This document shows positions 48,952-60,746 of a DNA stretch of 64,000 bases, one piece after another. Location of the stretch: NCBI GenBank assembly GCA_003971905.1, contig RSEE01000044.1, forward strand, positions 310,001 through 374,000, in the 5' to 3' direction. Positions within the stretch are counted from its first letter, which is position 1. Each line of letters begins with the position of its first letter. Source of the stretch: Moniliella sp. 'wahieum'. Taxonomy: Eukaryota. The notes under the pieces are model-generated. The model did not search any database. It saw only the letters and a program-made list of their open reading frames with translations, and had not been told where the DNA came from. The translations under genes and the position numbers were made by a program.

Positions 48952-51900
48952 ATGCCCACCACCTCCTCCGCGCCGCCGCCTCGGCCTCCGCCGCCGCCGC
49001 CGCCCCGCTCGTCCTGCCCGCGGAAGCTCCACCGACCTGCGCTCGCGCAAGAGCAGCGACCGTCTCCACACCGTTGGGCACGGCTCCCTTCCGCGCAACC
49101 GCTCCCGCGGCTCTCTTTCCGCGCGCGCCAACCTCGGCTTTATGACGGCAGTCCACCGCCGGCCGCCTCCCCCTCGGCATCTTCCCTCGCCCGCCGTCAA
49201 GCCCCTCTCGCCACCTCCCCACCGCCCCGCTGCCCCGCTACCCCGCTGCCCCCGCCACCCCCTCTCCCCCGGCCCCACAGCCAAGTTCCTGGTGGCGACA
49301 AGGACGACAGCGACGACAACGAGGACGACGACGACGACGAGAAGATGGTCACGATGGTTTAGTTATGGTGGCTCCTCGTCGTCGGGCCGCTGAGTCTTCT
49401 GCACCAACCACCGCAGCTGCCCCTACTGCTGCGTCCGAACTCCCGTCCAATCCTCCGTCTCAACCACAGCCCGCACACCTCCCTCGCCCTCCTCAACCTC
49501 AAGTCATGGAGGCCTCCTCCCCTACACCCTCCTCGCCCCCTGCTCCCGCCCCCACTGCTCGTCCCAGCGCCACTCCGGCAGAGTACCTTGTCGCTCGACA
49601 TCAATTGGGTGGCATGCACGACACGCCCTTGTCCGACACGGACACTGCCACGCCGTGCCCTCGTCACCTGGCGCGCCCTCAATCGTGAGCGGCACTGCCT
49701 CTGATCGGACCTTACTTGATCGCGAGCAGTCTACAGCCCCGTCATCGGGGCCCAATCGTGAGGGGCAGAGGAGGCACGTTGGACGAACTCAGACTTCTTC
49801 GGACAATCCTGAGCCTGCCCTTCTTTCAACGTCTGCTTCCCGCTCCTCATCTTCCCCCGCCACCACTCCAGGCCCTGCGGTAACCGAGGATAGATGCCCG
49901 TCCCGCGCCTTGACGGACAATCAGAGTGACACTACGGCAGCTTCGACGGCCATTCCTACCCCCGACCTCCTCCCGAATGTCAAGGAGCAAGAGTTGACTG
50001 CGACCCAAAGCGTTCTGCCCCCGACGCCAACCTCCTTCCGACCGTCCTGCGCCGAGGACGGGCCTGAGAAGCGAGCCTCAACTTCGGAAGTTCTCCCTTC
50101 AACCCGGAATTCGCGTCTTTCCGAAGGCACAACAAGCACTACGGCCGCTATCGCGCATGTTCCCCCCACGCCCAAGGGATCCAAGTCGCCGTGACTAAGC
50201 GTTCGCATTCGCTTTTGAACCTAACCCACCGTTGTCCAACTCATACTCCTCCTCTCCCGCCGACGTGCTCCTTCAACGCAAGGCGACCACTGCTGCGCCA
50301 GCCTTGGTGAGAACACGAGCGCTATGCGCCACTCGTTCCGCCCCGTTGCGTATCGTCAAGCTGCGTCGCCCCGGAGACGGGTATGGAGGGGGGCAGGGGC
50401 AGTCGCCTTCGCGTACCTACCTTGGCAGTTCGCCCACTGAGGCGCATGTCTCTCCCGTCTTGGTGGGTTGTGGGCCGTCGCACTACCCGGCGGACTCGCG
50501 CCAGTCTTTGACTCCCCATGTCGTCTCTCCCTCTCAATCCTACATCCCGCGGGAGCGGACGGTGAGCTCGTCTGCTTCGATCGCGGGGCGACTAAGGGAA
50601 AAGGCAATCTGGATCCCTCCCATTCGCCTTCCCTCGCCTGGACCCCTCATTCGCCCACACACCCCAACCTTTGGCTAACGGAAAGGCGGCGTGCAGACCG
50701 CACCTGGCTCCCCGCTTTTTATCATGCGATCCACCCTCGAAGCCCTCCCCCATCCACACATTCCGTTCTCACTCGTACAAGGGCTCGGTGGACCATGGCA
50801 CATGGCCTAATTCGCCGGTTGCGTTTGGCTCGCCGGTCCTGTCGCGCCCCAGCGCCTCGCTCCTGCGTACCCCCCACTTCCATTTCGGCCAATGCGGCCA
50901 GCGAGGATTTGAGCATGTCTTCGGCGCTGCAGGGCGGAAACCCGTTCCTGTCCAGCATCCCGCACCTTCATCTCCGTACGGTCGGGCCGTACTCTTCCTG
51001 GCGTCCAGGGTACGGGGCGGTGCTGATGCGGCCCAAGCGGGGGTACGGCCGCCGCCGCCGGACATGTATGAGTATGTGCGTGCCGAGGGTGGGGGGCACC
51101 TGATGGGGCCGGCGCTGCCTAATAACGAGATCACAGATGCACTGTTAGAGCCGGTGCTCAATCACCGCTAACGGGTGGATGGAGTCCACGATGCCTCCGC
51201 CGCCGTTGGGAGGCACGGGGGCGTATGGGCACCAAGCTTGCAGAGTGGGAGCACGCGCCGCCCAACCCATTGGGGGTGCCCATGTACGCAACCCAAGCGC
51301 TGGTCACAACGCAGGAAACCTGTGCGTTGGATGTGGACGACTTGCCGCCGCAGCTGCAACAGTATGCCCAGCCGCCGCTGCTCATCGATCCTGCCACGGG
51401 CGAAGTGGCGCTGGAGGAGATGCAAGCGCCGTATCAACCTTCTCTTACGCTCCCGCGTCGTACGGCGCGTGCGCTGGCGCTGACCTACCAAGCTTCGCAC
51501 CTAGCTCGTTCGCATGCCGTCACACGTGCCTTCCAGTCGCCGCTGCGCGACTCGTTTGCCCGTGTGTACCGTGCCTCGGCCGGGGTGGCGCCGGTGCCGC
51601 GGGCCGACTGGGCATTCGGTCCCTTCCCACCCGCTGCCAGCACAAAGGGACGTAATGCGCCTGTCGCGCCATCCAGCATAGGGGGCCTGACCAGCTCGGC
51701 CTCAGCCTCCGCGCTGGGCGGTGTGCTGGCCACTGCCAACAAGGCCGATGCGCGCGGACCTCCCCCGTCTGCCGTCGACGTGGTCGACCCTGCCGCACCG
51801 CCGTACTATCCCTCGTACTTGGCCAAACAAGCCCAAGGCGGCAACCAAGATGCGCTTCAGGAATTGGCCCGGCGGGCGGGGCAGATGGCTCTTCCGCCCG

Positions 51901-52118
51901 CAGCGGGCAAGGCGGGGCCCGTGCCGCGGCCTGCGCTGGTTTATGGCACCCGTCCTGTGGCTACGGTAGCAACCGACAAGAAGGTGGCGCGGAGGGTGAC
52001 GCTGTCCGTGCCACCGGCCGCGTCTACGGGCACGCTGTCGCCCCGGGCTGCCCAGACGGGCCAGGCTCTGGGTTCGATCAAGCGGGCCCTAAGTGGGGTG
52101 TGGACGCGCGCCGAGTAA
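48952..52118 (+). CDS. Hypothetical Pro/Ser/Ala-rich protein (stitched across frameshifts)
   Basis: Chain of GC-rich coding-like ORFs from MPTTSSAPPP to ...GSIKRALSGVWTRAE*. No domain recognised. Confidence 0.5.
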
Positions 52119-53259
52119 GAGCGAAACCTCATTCACCCCCCGCGCGCCGTCCCCCTCATGCCTCTCGGTTGGGTTGAGTTAGGTTTGGCTTGGCTGCCTT
52201 TTCATTGTCTCTTGTTTCTCCTCTTGCCCGCCTGCTTCCCTTCCGTTCATCTAGCCGTTTCCCTGTCCCTGTACCGGCCCCAAATCCGGTATCCCCCCAT
52301 GTCATCCCATATCTTGTCTTACTTCTCTGTCCTGGTCCTCAATTCTCACCTGTTCTCTGCCTCGCCTCCCTGTACATCAACTTGCCTTCCGCGCGCACCG
52401 ACGTGGTCAACTCGCCTCGGCGCGAGTTGGCTCGCTAGCTCGGGTCTGGGTTGGTGCTGCGGCACGCCTGGCAAGTATCCCAGGGCATCGGGCACTCGCA
52501 GTGTTCCCTCGTTCGGTCTGTGTTGGTGGGGTGGTGGTTATATGCAGAACGCCATGCATCTGTTCCGCCTTGGCTGCTCTCGGGGGGCTGCAAAGACATA
52601 TAGGATGGGTAGTTGGCGTGCATGGGGTGGACAGACCGCAGGGAAGGAGATCGGGATGAGCGCGGAGGATGAGCGGGGACGAGACGATCCACCCGGTGCC
52701 GGCCCGAGGAGTGTCACGTGCCATGCGCCTGCGTGACGAGCTGGACTGGACATTGACATCAGATCGAGCACAGGCGAGAGAATTCAGCTGAATGGTCAGC
52801 CCAATCGTCAACACCACCAGCAACTGCGCTCGGCTGGCGTCTGTCGGATCCCTGTATCCGCTGCCTCGCCCTTCTTGGGTCCGATCCAGTACTGGGCAAG
52901 GAAGGGCTGACCACCGCTGTCTCGGTGCTAGGCCATATGTGGCATGTGACCGGCAGTCAGCCTATGAAGGTACCCACCCCAGCGCAGAGCATGCAGATGC
53001 AGATGCGTGTGGGAAGGGAGCCGGGCAGCCCCTTGTTCTCCTTGCGCTTCATCCATGTTTTCCTACTACCCTCGACAGTGGGCATAGCAGCGCGACCAAA
53101 GGGCGTCATCGTATTGCCAGGGAACTACTAGCAGATAATGTGATGGCCAGAGAACAGACAGGCAGGCAAGCGGGCGCATTCAATGGTTTCCAAACCCAGG
53201 ACAACAGTCCATGGGATGAAACTGAGGACAAACCTGCCAAAAGAAGATGCTGATCGGTC

Positions 53260-54153
53260 TTAAAAGAAAAGGTACGTCAACAGAAACACAAACAGCGACA
53301 CGAGCGCAACCGTCTGCGTTGGCACACCCCGTTCTGACTGCGCCACCGCCAGCTGACTTTGCAACGCCTTGATCTGTGCTTCGTATTCGGACGTGCTCAG
53401 TGGCTTGTCTGCCGGCACAGCAGAAGTTTGGGCAGGCAACGCACGCGCACCCAGCCCGCCTGCACTGCTCGGCGATAGCGCTGTGGCAGAGACGGGGCTG
53501 ACCGGGCTAGCAAGCATCGCTGCGCCGGCTCCCGCACCCGCACCCGCCGCGAGTGGGGCGGCCGCAGGCACACTCGATACACCGTTTCCTGGGGGAATAG
53601 AGGATGCGGGAGCAGTGGCAGTCGCGCCTTCAGGAGCATCGCCGGTCCAAGTCACGCGAATTTTCTGTTCGTGCACCTCGTTGCCTGGCACGACACTCCA
53701 GATGTCGTGAATGCCGAGTGTCTCTCGGTCTGGGGTCAAGAGCGTGCTCTGCACCAGGAACTTGTCCCGGCTCCGGTTGCCGGCGGGCGGTTCCTCCTTG
53801 AGCGGCTGCAGTACAACTGGACAGGAGCGATGATTAGCGGGCGGGGGGAGGGGGGGGGGGGGGGTGGGAGAGGGGAGGACGTACTGTGGATTTCAATCGA
53901 CTCGCCCGGCTCGACACGGGCTGCGCTAGGGCGAACAGAGTACTGCTTGGGGGCAGTGGTCTTGATCTTGAAGGCGATGGGCTGGGTGTGGGGGTTGTGG
54001 AGAGCGAGGACGCGAGGAATGAGGCGGGTGAGGGGGCCTGGCGGCGGGAGATGCGAGACGCGAACGGTCAGCCGCACGAGAGGCAGAGGAGGCGATGGGG
54101 AGACACGTACGCTCAAAGGCCAGCACCGCGGGCGGGGTGAGCTGGACGGACAT
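53260..54153 (-). CDS. SCS2: VAP/Scs2 MSP-domain tail-anchored ER protein; two introns
   Basis: IAFKIKTTAPKQYSVRP, LQPLKEEPP..RDKFLVQS and EQKIRVTW, followed by a short coiled coil and the C-terminal TM segment VALVSLFVFLLTYLFF. Confidence 0.93.
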
Positions 54154-55299
54154 GCTGGAGGAGGGAGCTGGTGGCGGTGGAGGCGCAGATGAGGAAGCCG
54201 ACGGAAGATGGGGCAATGCGGGCGAGGCGAGCGACGCTGACGACGCTGACGAGGCCGAGCGTGCCTGGGCACACTGGCACGTGACAGGCACCACAGCGCC
54301 AGTGATCGAATGATTAAGGATTCGGGAGGGATGAAAATGATCGATGCACGCGGCCGCATGACGTCACAGCCTGCCGGTGCCTCGCGCTGGGTGCGTGGCC
54401 GGCGCAGCACAGGCCCAGTGCCCACCTCGGCGTGCAGCCTGCAGCCACGGCAGACGCATGTCGACATGGCACAGTAGGGTTGGCCACGCGCGTTCTAGTG
54501 GTTGATGCGCACAGCACGTGACAGCGCCGAGAGCCAGCCGGCCTTAGAGACCGATGCTCACGCGCTCGCGGCCCACCACAGTTCTCCTGGAAGCTAGACC
54601 TTTCAAAGAAACACGCTAATGCGGTTAGACGAAGTAAGAAAATCATCGAGCAAAACTTGCCCATGCCGCGGAATCCTCCGCAGACGGCCATTTTTATGAC
54701 GGCAAAAGCCCAAAGTTCCACTGCTTCGCGCGTGAACATTGTGCACCCGGTCTGGCCGCCACACTTTGTCTTTTGCGCACTGAATGCCACGCACTATCGC
54801 CTTGAAAGCGTGTGGGCAGCGTTTTACCCATTCTCTCTACTAGTAAACCTCGTTTTTATACTTCAGAACTTCTGGACCCCTCGCACTTGCTCAACGTCCT
54901 CCGTCTCAACAGTGTATTTTCTTCTGCCAGACCATCTCCCCATCGCTCGACCAGTTCCTATGTTGCGCATCCCGAAGCAGTTGGTTCACCCCTCCCTCCA
55001 CTGCGAAAGCAACAACTCAACGCCCCTTGTTCACATTTTACCCCTTCCCCCCGCCCACAGTCGATCCGAGACGAGCTTGAGCAACAATCGCAGCGTTGGC
55101 ATTGAGGGGAACATGCTTCCTTCCCACACCAGTTCGGAAGAGACGGTTTCGATTCAATTCAAGAAAAGTGGAATGACCCCTGAGATCTTCAGGCGCCCGA
55201 GACGATGGGGGGGGTGCCAATGCTAGATCCAAAAATCCCACCTGGGGCCGTCGAGAATCTCGGCCGATCCGTCTGAAGAGACAGGAACCGTCCAAGGAG

Positions 55300-57250
55300 A
55301 TCAGCCAAACTATGACATTACCCCCTTTCAGATCTCGTCTCCCGGGCGGCGACGGAGGCGAGAGAAAGGTGATTCGGCGGACATGAGAAAAGGGCGGACA
55401 TGAGAGACAGACTTATCGGGGTAGAGTGCAAGGAAACGGACCACCCGCCCGGCATCATGAGGCATATCCGCATCGGGTACCCACTCGCGCTTGTGGACGG
55501 GATAGCCACGAAAGTGAACTGTCAGAAGGGCTTAATGCGGCCTCCACGGCCCTTGCTGCGAGAATCGAGGGCGTATTCGACCTCGTGATGAATCGCGCCA
55601 TCGTCATATTCGGGGAGAGGAGGGGGGATCGATCAAGCGGGTAGGGACCACGTCACCCGGGGGGTGAAGGCATGAAAGCGGGGCACATGAAACATGCCAT
55701 GGAGGTGTAGCTAAGCGCCGCTGTCGAAGAGCGCTCGGATGTTCCCTAGTTCGCCCCCGAGTTCCTATTCGTCCTGCAGGTATAGAGGGACGTGGCCCTC
55801 CGTCTTGGCTTCTCCCGCGCGATTGGCGGTAGCAACATTCGCATACGACTGAGGCTGGTCTCGACCCGGGTTGCGGATCGGGCGCAGCGGCTTGCCCCCG
55901 CTCAGATCTTTGCCCCCGCTGAGGAACTTGCTCCCGCCATTCGACTTGTCGCGTTGGGGTTTTTTCCCCGTACGGCCGTAGCTGTCATTGAATGGACGGC
56001 CATCAGAGTTGGGATTCTTTCCCGCCACTTTGTTGATTGGCTTGTGCGTGGGGGCGGGCAGTTCCCTTATAATAAGGCGCAGGTCCTCCAGGTCCGATTT
56101 TAGGTGGTTGGTGCTCACGTTGCGGTCGTTCATGCCGTCGAGGAGTGCACGGCGGTACCATTCGTCTTGGGCGCCCATGTGGCAACGACGTTCCCATACA
56201 ATTCCTCCATACGCTCCAGCCAAACCGCACCCGAAGCTTGTCCCTGCTTGTTCTCATCAAAGAGTTTCCGGATGTCCTCACAAAGGGGGGCATGAGATTG
56301 TGGGAAGCGGGCCGCGTGGAGGGCGTGATGCCACCTGTCTGCTGTCGGGGGGCCTGTGGCTAGGATGAGCTGCCTTGCGCGCGTAACTATGCTGCGGATG
56401 GCACGCTCTGCCACTCCGTTGGATTGGCTGTATCCCGTTGGGATGCGCATTCGGTACCGGGCCGTATCTGTGTTGGAGTCTTTCCAGGAAATCCTGTGTG
56501 GTCGCAGGTTCCTCGTTTGGGGGTTGAATGCGTTTCGGGCTCGGGGTGGCAGGGCGATCCTAAGGCATGCCTCATGCTGGCGTCGATCGCCTCGTTGAAG
56601 TGGCGAGCACTTCTTCCCATTTCGATGATATCCCTAGCGTCAGGATGGATGCACTTCAGCTCCGCCACAATGTTTTGGTAGGCGGTGTTGAACCGATGCG
56701 GGTCTTGGAGGTCACGGGCGGACCATCCCATCTTCTTGGCTAGGATCAGTTTGGTGATAGTTTTGATTGCGGATGCAGTGGTATCATCCACAGTGGCGTT
56801 TGCAGGGCGCTGTCGGGCCTTGTGGTCGACGACGCGTGTCATGACTCGTTTGAATAAGGCGAGCTTTTCCTGTTTAAGGTATTCCTCCTCATCGAGGTTC
56901 TCGTCCTTGGACGCGAGAAGATCGGCCTTGGTGCTGTTGACCTCCATGTCGCACAGCTGCTGAAGGTTGAGAACGGCGCCTGGCACTTCCTTTAGGGCCA
57001 TCAGCATCTCATAGATCTGGTTTGCGGATTCATGTCGCGTCCGGTTTGGGATTTGCCCTCAGGTTGCGACCATGTTGTGGGTTGTATACCGGGGGGCGGG
57101 TTGTGGGTCTTCGGGGAGGGGGACCGGGTGGTCTGGGGAAAGGGAAAATCGGGAGATTTGGTGATGGGGGGCGATCGGGAGGTGGCCTTGTGGGGTGGGG
57201 TGGGCAACCGGGAGGTGGCCTTGGGGTGGGTTAATCTTGGGGTGTGAGGG
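55300..57250 (-). mobile_element. Degenerate LTR-retrotransposon-like remnant: gag-like ORFs, integrase-like motif and aspartic protease motif
   Basis: SQSNGVAERAIRSIVTRARQLI..W..A (~56430-56320; copia-type integrase E motif) and IRALFDSGA (55714-55740; retropepsin). No RT or LTR recognised; boundaries are approximate. Confidence 0.6.
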
Positions 57251-58516
57251 TGGGATAACTTTGGTACTCAGGACTGGGGGGTTGGGGAGATCGGAGAGTC
57301 GTAGGCTCAGGGTGAGCTTCAGATTGCAACTCTAATGATCCTGGTTACCCGCGATGTCCTAAGTGCAGTTATGCAATGGCAGAGGGAAGACAGGAGCTGG
57401 GTTGAACGTTCAGTTGAACGTTCAATGAACCCAGACTGAGGATCAGAAGAAGGAGAAGAAGGAGAGCGGCACTAGGCCAGGGGATAGGGATACTGGCGTG
57501 GTGCCCGGATGAGGAAGACGGTCACCGGTCAGGCCGGTCAGGCCTCTGGAGTGCCGCAGAGGTGGCTGGCCCATAGGACCCTGGTCAACCTATTCAGACC
57601 CTACTTAGTACTATACCCCCACCTTTGTGGCACGAGCAGTCGGCACAATTAGTAACCAACCGACTATTCAGAGGGGGAAAAGAAGCTGGCCTCCCTGCCT
57701 CCTCTCTTGTTCACTTTTGTTCCTCCCCCCCGTCTTTTTGATGCTCCGACCCACACCCACACCCACACCCCATCCACACCCCCTTCACTGCACTCGTACC
57801 CGCTCGACGAATCATTGACCTATACTATCAGTGCCCCAGACTGCTAGATGAGCAGCATCTCTCCTGCAGAACCTGAACCCCTTTCGACGGGCACGCGACG
57901 AACAAGTGATATCAAGAAGACGTCACGGTATTGTTGGATTGCTCGCTGTGGCGCTTTCCCGTTGTCGAGTGCGGATAGGAGGGGAGCGACACTTGCTTGC
58001 AGATTGTCTATAGGGCCAAACACTCATTGAATCCATCACAGCCCGATGGGGTTTTTACGGACTTTTGACCATTACCGCAACTAATGCATTTTCTCACACG
58101 GTTGGACGGTTGGACGGTTACACTCTCCCATTCCCGCATGTCGTCCGTCTTCATGTACTCTTTCCCAACAATGTACTTTACCCTAGGGGACCAGTGCAGC
58201 CAGCTCTAGCAGCCCAGAATGTTGGGGAGAGGCCTCTCGTCTTCTATTTGCACTGCATGGAAGCGTCAAGTCGAGTTGCAAACGTGATGTACATTGGGAG
58301 TGACTAGTCAAGCTTCAAGCTTCAAGCTGTAAGCTTCAAGCTAGAAGAGTGACGTTGACGAGTTCGATCGTGCAGAGCGTAGGATGTGGGCCGCAGTGCA
58401 CAGCCCAACTCATGTCGTAAGGGAAAGCACGGTGGGGGGGGGGGTCTCAGTCTTGGGGGTTCTGGGGCACCGAAGGAGCTGGTGCATCACTGAAGTTACG
58501 ACCACCGATTAGGCGG

Positions 58517-58876
58517 TTAGAGGCCCTCGCGGTGCCACTGACGGTCAAACTTTTGCTGTGGTGGGGAAACAAAGGTAAGGTTAGTGAGATGGTCGATGGG
58601 GGATGGGGCCTCTGCGTGAGGCATGTATGAAGTTCAACGTGGGGATAGATGATAGAGGGGAGCAATACGCACGTTGATTTGAACCATCTTCACACCCTCG
58701 TCCTCCTTGATCGAGTTCCAAGGCGTCGGGTTCTTCTTGTCCCACACGACGTCAGGGGCATGGGCCGCGCGGAACGCCATGTAGCTGGCCCCGGACACCG
58801 CGCCGAACATGAGGACAGCAAGGGGCACAGCGTCGTGGCTGTACCAGTACTTGAAGAAGGTAGTGGTGGCAGGCAT
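58517..58876 (-). CDS. NDUFA4/MLRQ (COXFA4)-like small mitochondrial subunit; intron 58556-58672
   Basis: WYSHDAVPLAVLMFGAVSGASYMAFRAAHAPDVVWDKKNPTPWNSIK..KMVQIN joined to exon 2 QKFDRQWHREGL*. Confidence 0.88.
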
Positions 58877-60746
58877 GGCGAACAGGACAAGGGTTAAGGC
58901 GAGAGAGGTGGGAGGGCGAGGGGAAGAGCAGTGGATGTGGTGCGGTGGGAGGGTGGGGAATCTGTAGAGCCAGCCAAAGAGGGGGGTGGTTTTATACTCC
59001 CAAGCCCCTGAAAAAAACGGGCGAGCACACGTACCACCGGCGTTACCAGACATGTGCATCATGCTTGATGCAATGCCCTCTACAGTCACAAGTCACTAGT
59101 CACTAGGCAGGCCCCAGGCCTCAGGGACGTGCCGAAAGAGGGCAGATGGCACGGGGTATCACCTATGGCGCGCGTAGCTGGACTTGAGATGCCAGAAGTG
59201 GGCAAAGAAAATGACCGTCCGGTGAGCATCTCTGACGATCTTCGCACACATGCGCCGTATCCGCCCTGCAGTGCCCATGCACCTGCATCACCAGTCAAGC
59301 TTCAAGCTAGTCAGTCACTAGTCACTGCATCACCGGCACCCCCACAAAATGTTGCCTGAGTGGAATGACGGACTGGGGTTGCTTAATGCTTCTTGCTATC
59401 GCAGGGCCACCGCCAGTCGCTATAGTCGCTAGGCGTTCCCGGCGTGTCCCGCAACCAATATTCAACGGTCCAGCGGTCTTGGGTCCCGGTCATGCGTCAT
59501 GCATGGTAGCATCACGTTTGAGCTTTGAGCAGGGATGCTGCCTACGGCCTATACTGCATACTGTGGGATCATGATCGTGTGTGTACTTTTGGCGGGTGGC
59601 GCGGCGTTGTTGCGGCACTGCATGTGAATATGTGAATACTAGTAGTAGCACACCGTAGGAGTACGCCTTGTAGGCCCAGTTGGGTGCGCTCAACGGCATG
59701 CTGACAAACGGGCGACGGGCAAGCGCCAAACCCACGTCGCGCACCGAGATCAGAGCGGAGGGCATCATCATCAATGCACAATGCACAAAATGGCTATCCG
59801 CGCGGGTCGGTCCGGAGCAAAGGAGAGAGCATCGAGCACGGGAGGTGGGCTGATCCAGCGACGAGACGGATGGGATAGCCAATAGCCAATAGCCGATAGT
59901 CGATAGCCCCCCGCCCCTGGGCCAGCTGGCGTACCGTGGTCTGATTTTGCCAATGCGGAGCCCCAGTCACGTGGGCCGCACGGCGCCAGTGGGTAGCATC
60001 AGCCCATTCCTCGGGATGCTTGATACTGCCCCTGTGCCACCCTCCCCGCGCCTGTGTACGGCTCCAAGTGTCTATATTTCCACCACACCTTCCGACTCCT
60101 CCCGCGTCCTCTTCCATCTCAATCCTATTGGTGTGATCTCCCGACAACGGCGGCTAGGAGCGAGGCGCATCTGCTGCGAACATCTGTACTAAATAACTCT
60201 GTATCCAATATTCAACTGAAGTACTCAAGCCTCCTGCTTGGGCCTCGCGCGCCTCACATGTCATGCACATGTCCCTACCTGCACCACACCCTCCCATGTC
60301 ACAGCGGCTTTACGCTTGGGTTGCTTGGATAGAACAAAGAACAAAAAAAATGCATCAATTAAACGAAAAGAAACGAGAGAGTCGGCCCGGCTCCTTGGGC
60401 TTGTGTGCAGCGCCAAGGGAAACCAAAACGTATACACGCTACACATCAATCAACGTTACGCGTTACACGTTTTATCACGTCGTCATCATCAGGATGCCTG
60501 AGCTTGAGGCCTGAGGCTCAGGCCTGGCGCCTGACGGGCGAGCCAGCAATCGAGCCTCCGACAGGCGACCGTGACGGTCCGCCCCCAAATCAATCCAGGC
60601 TTGAAAAACTTGAAGAGCATGAAGCTGGAAAAACTTGAAGCTTGAAGCTTGAAGCTTGACGCAGGTCCAACATACCGTCAGCCACCCTAGCCCCCCCCCC
60701 CCCCCCTCACCACATCCTTCATCCTTCAAGCTTCATTCCCCATCCT

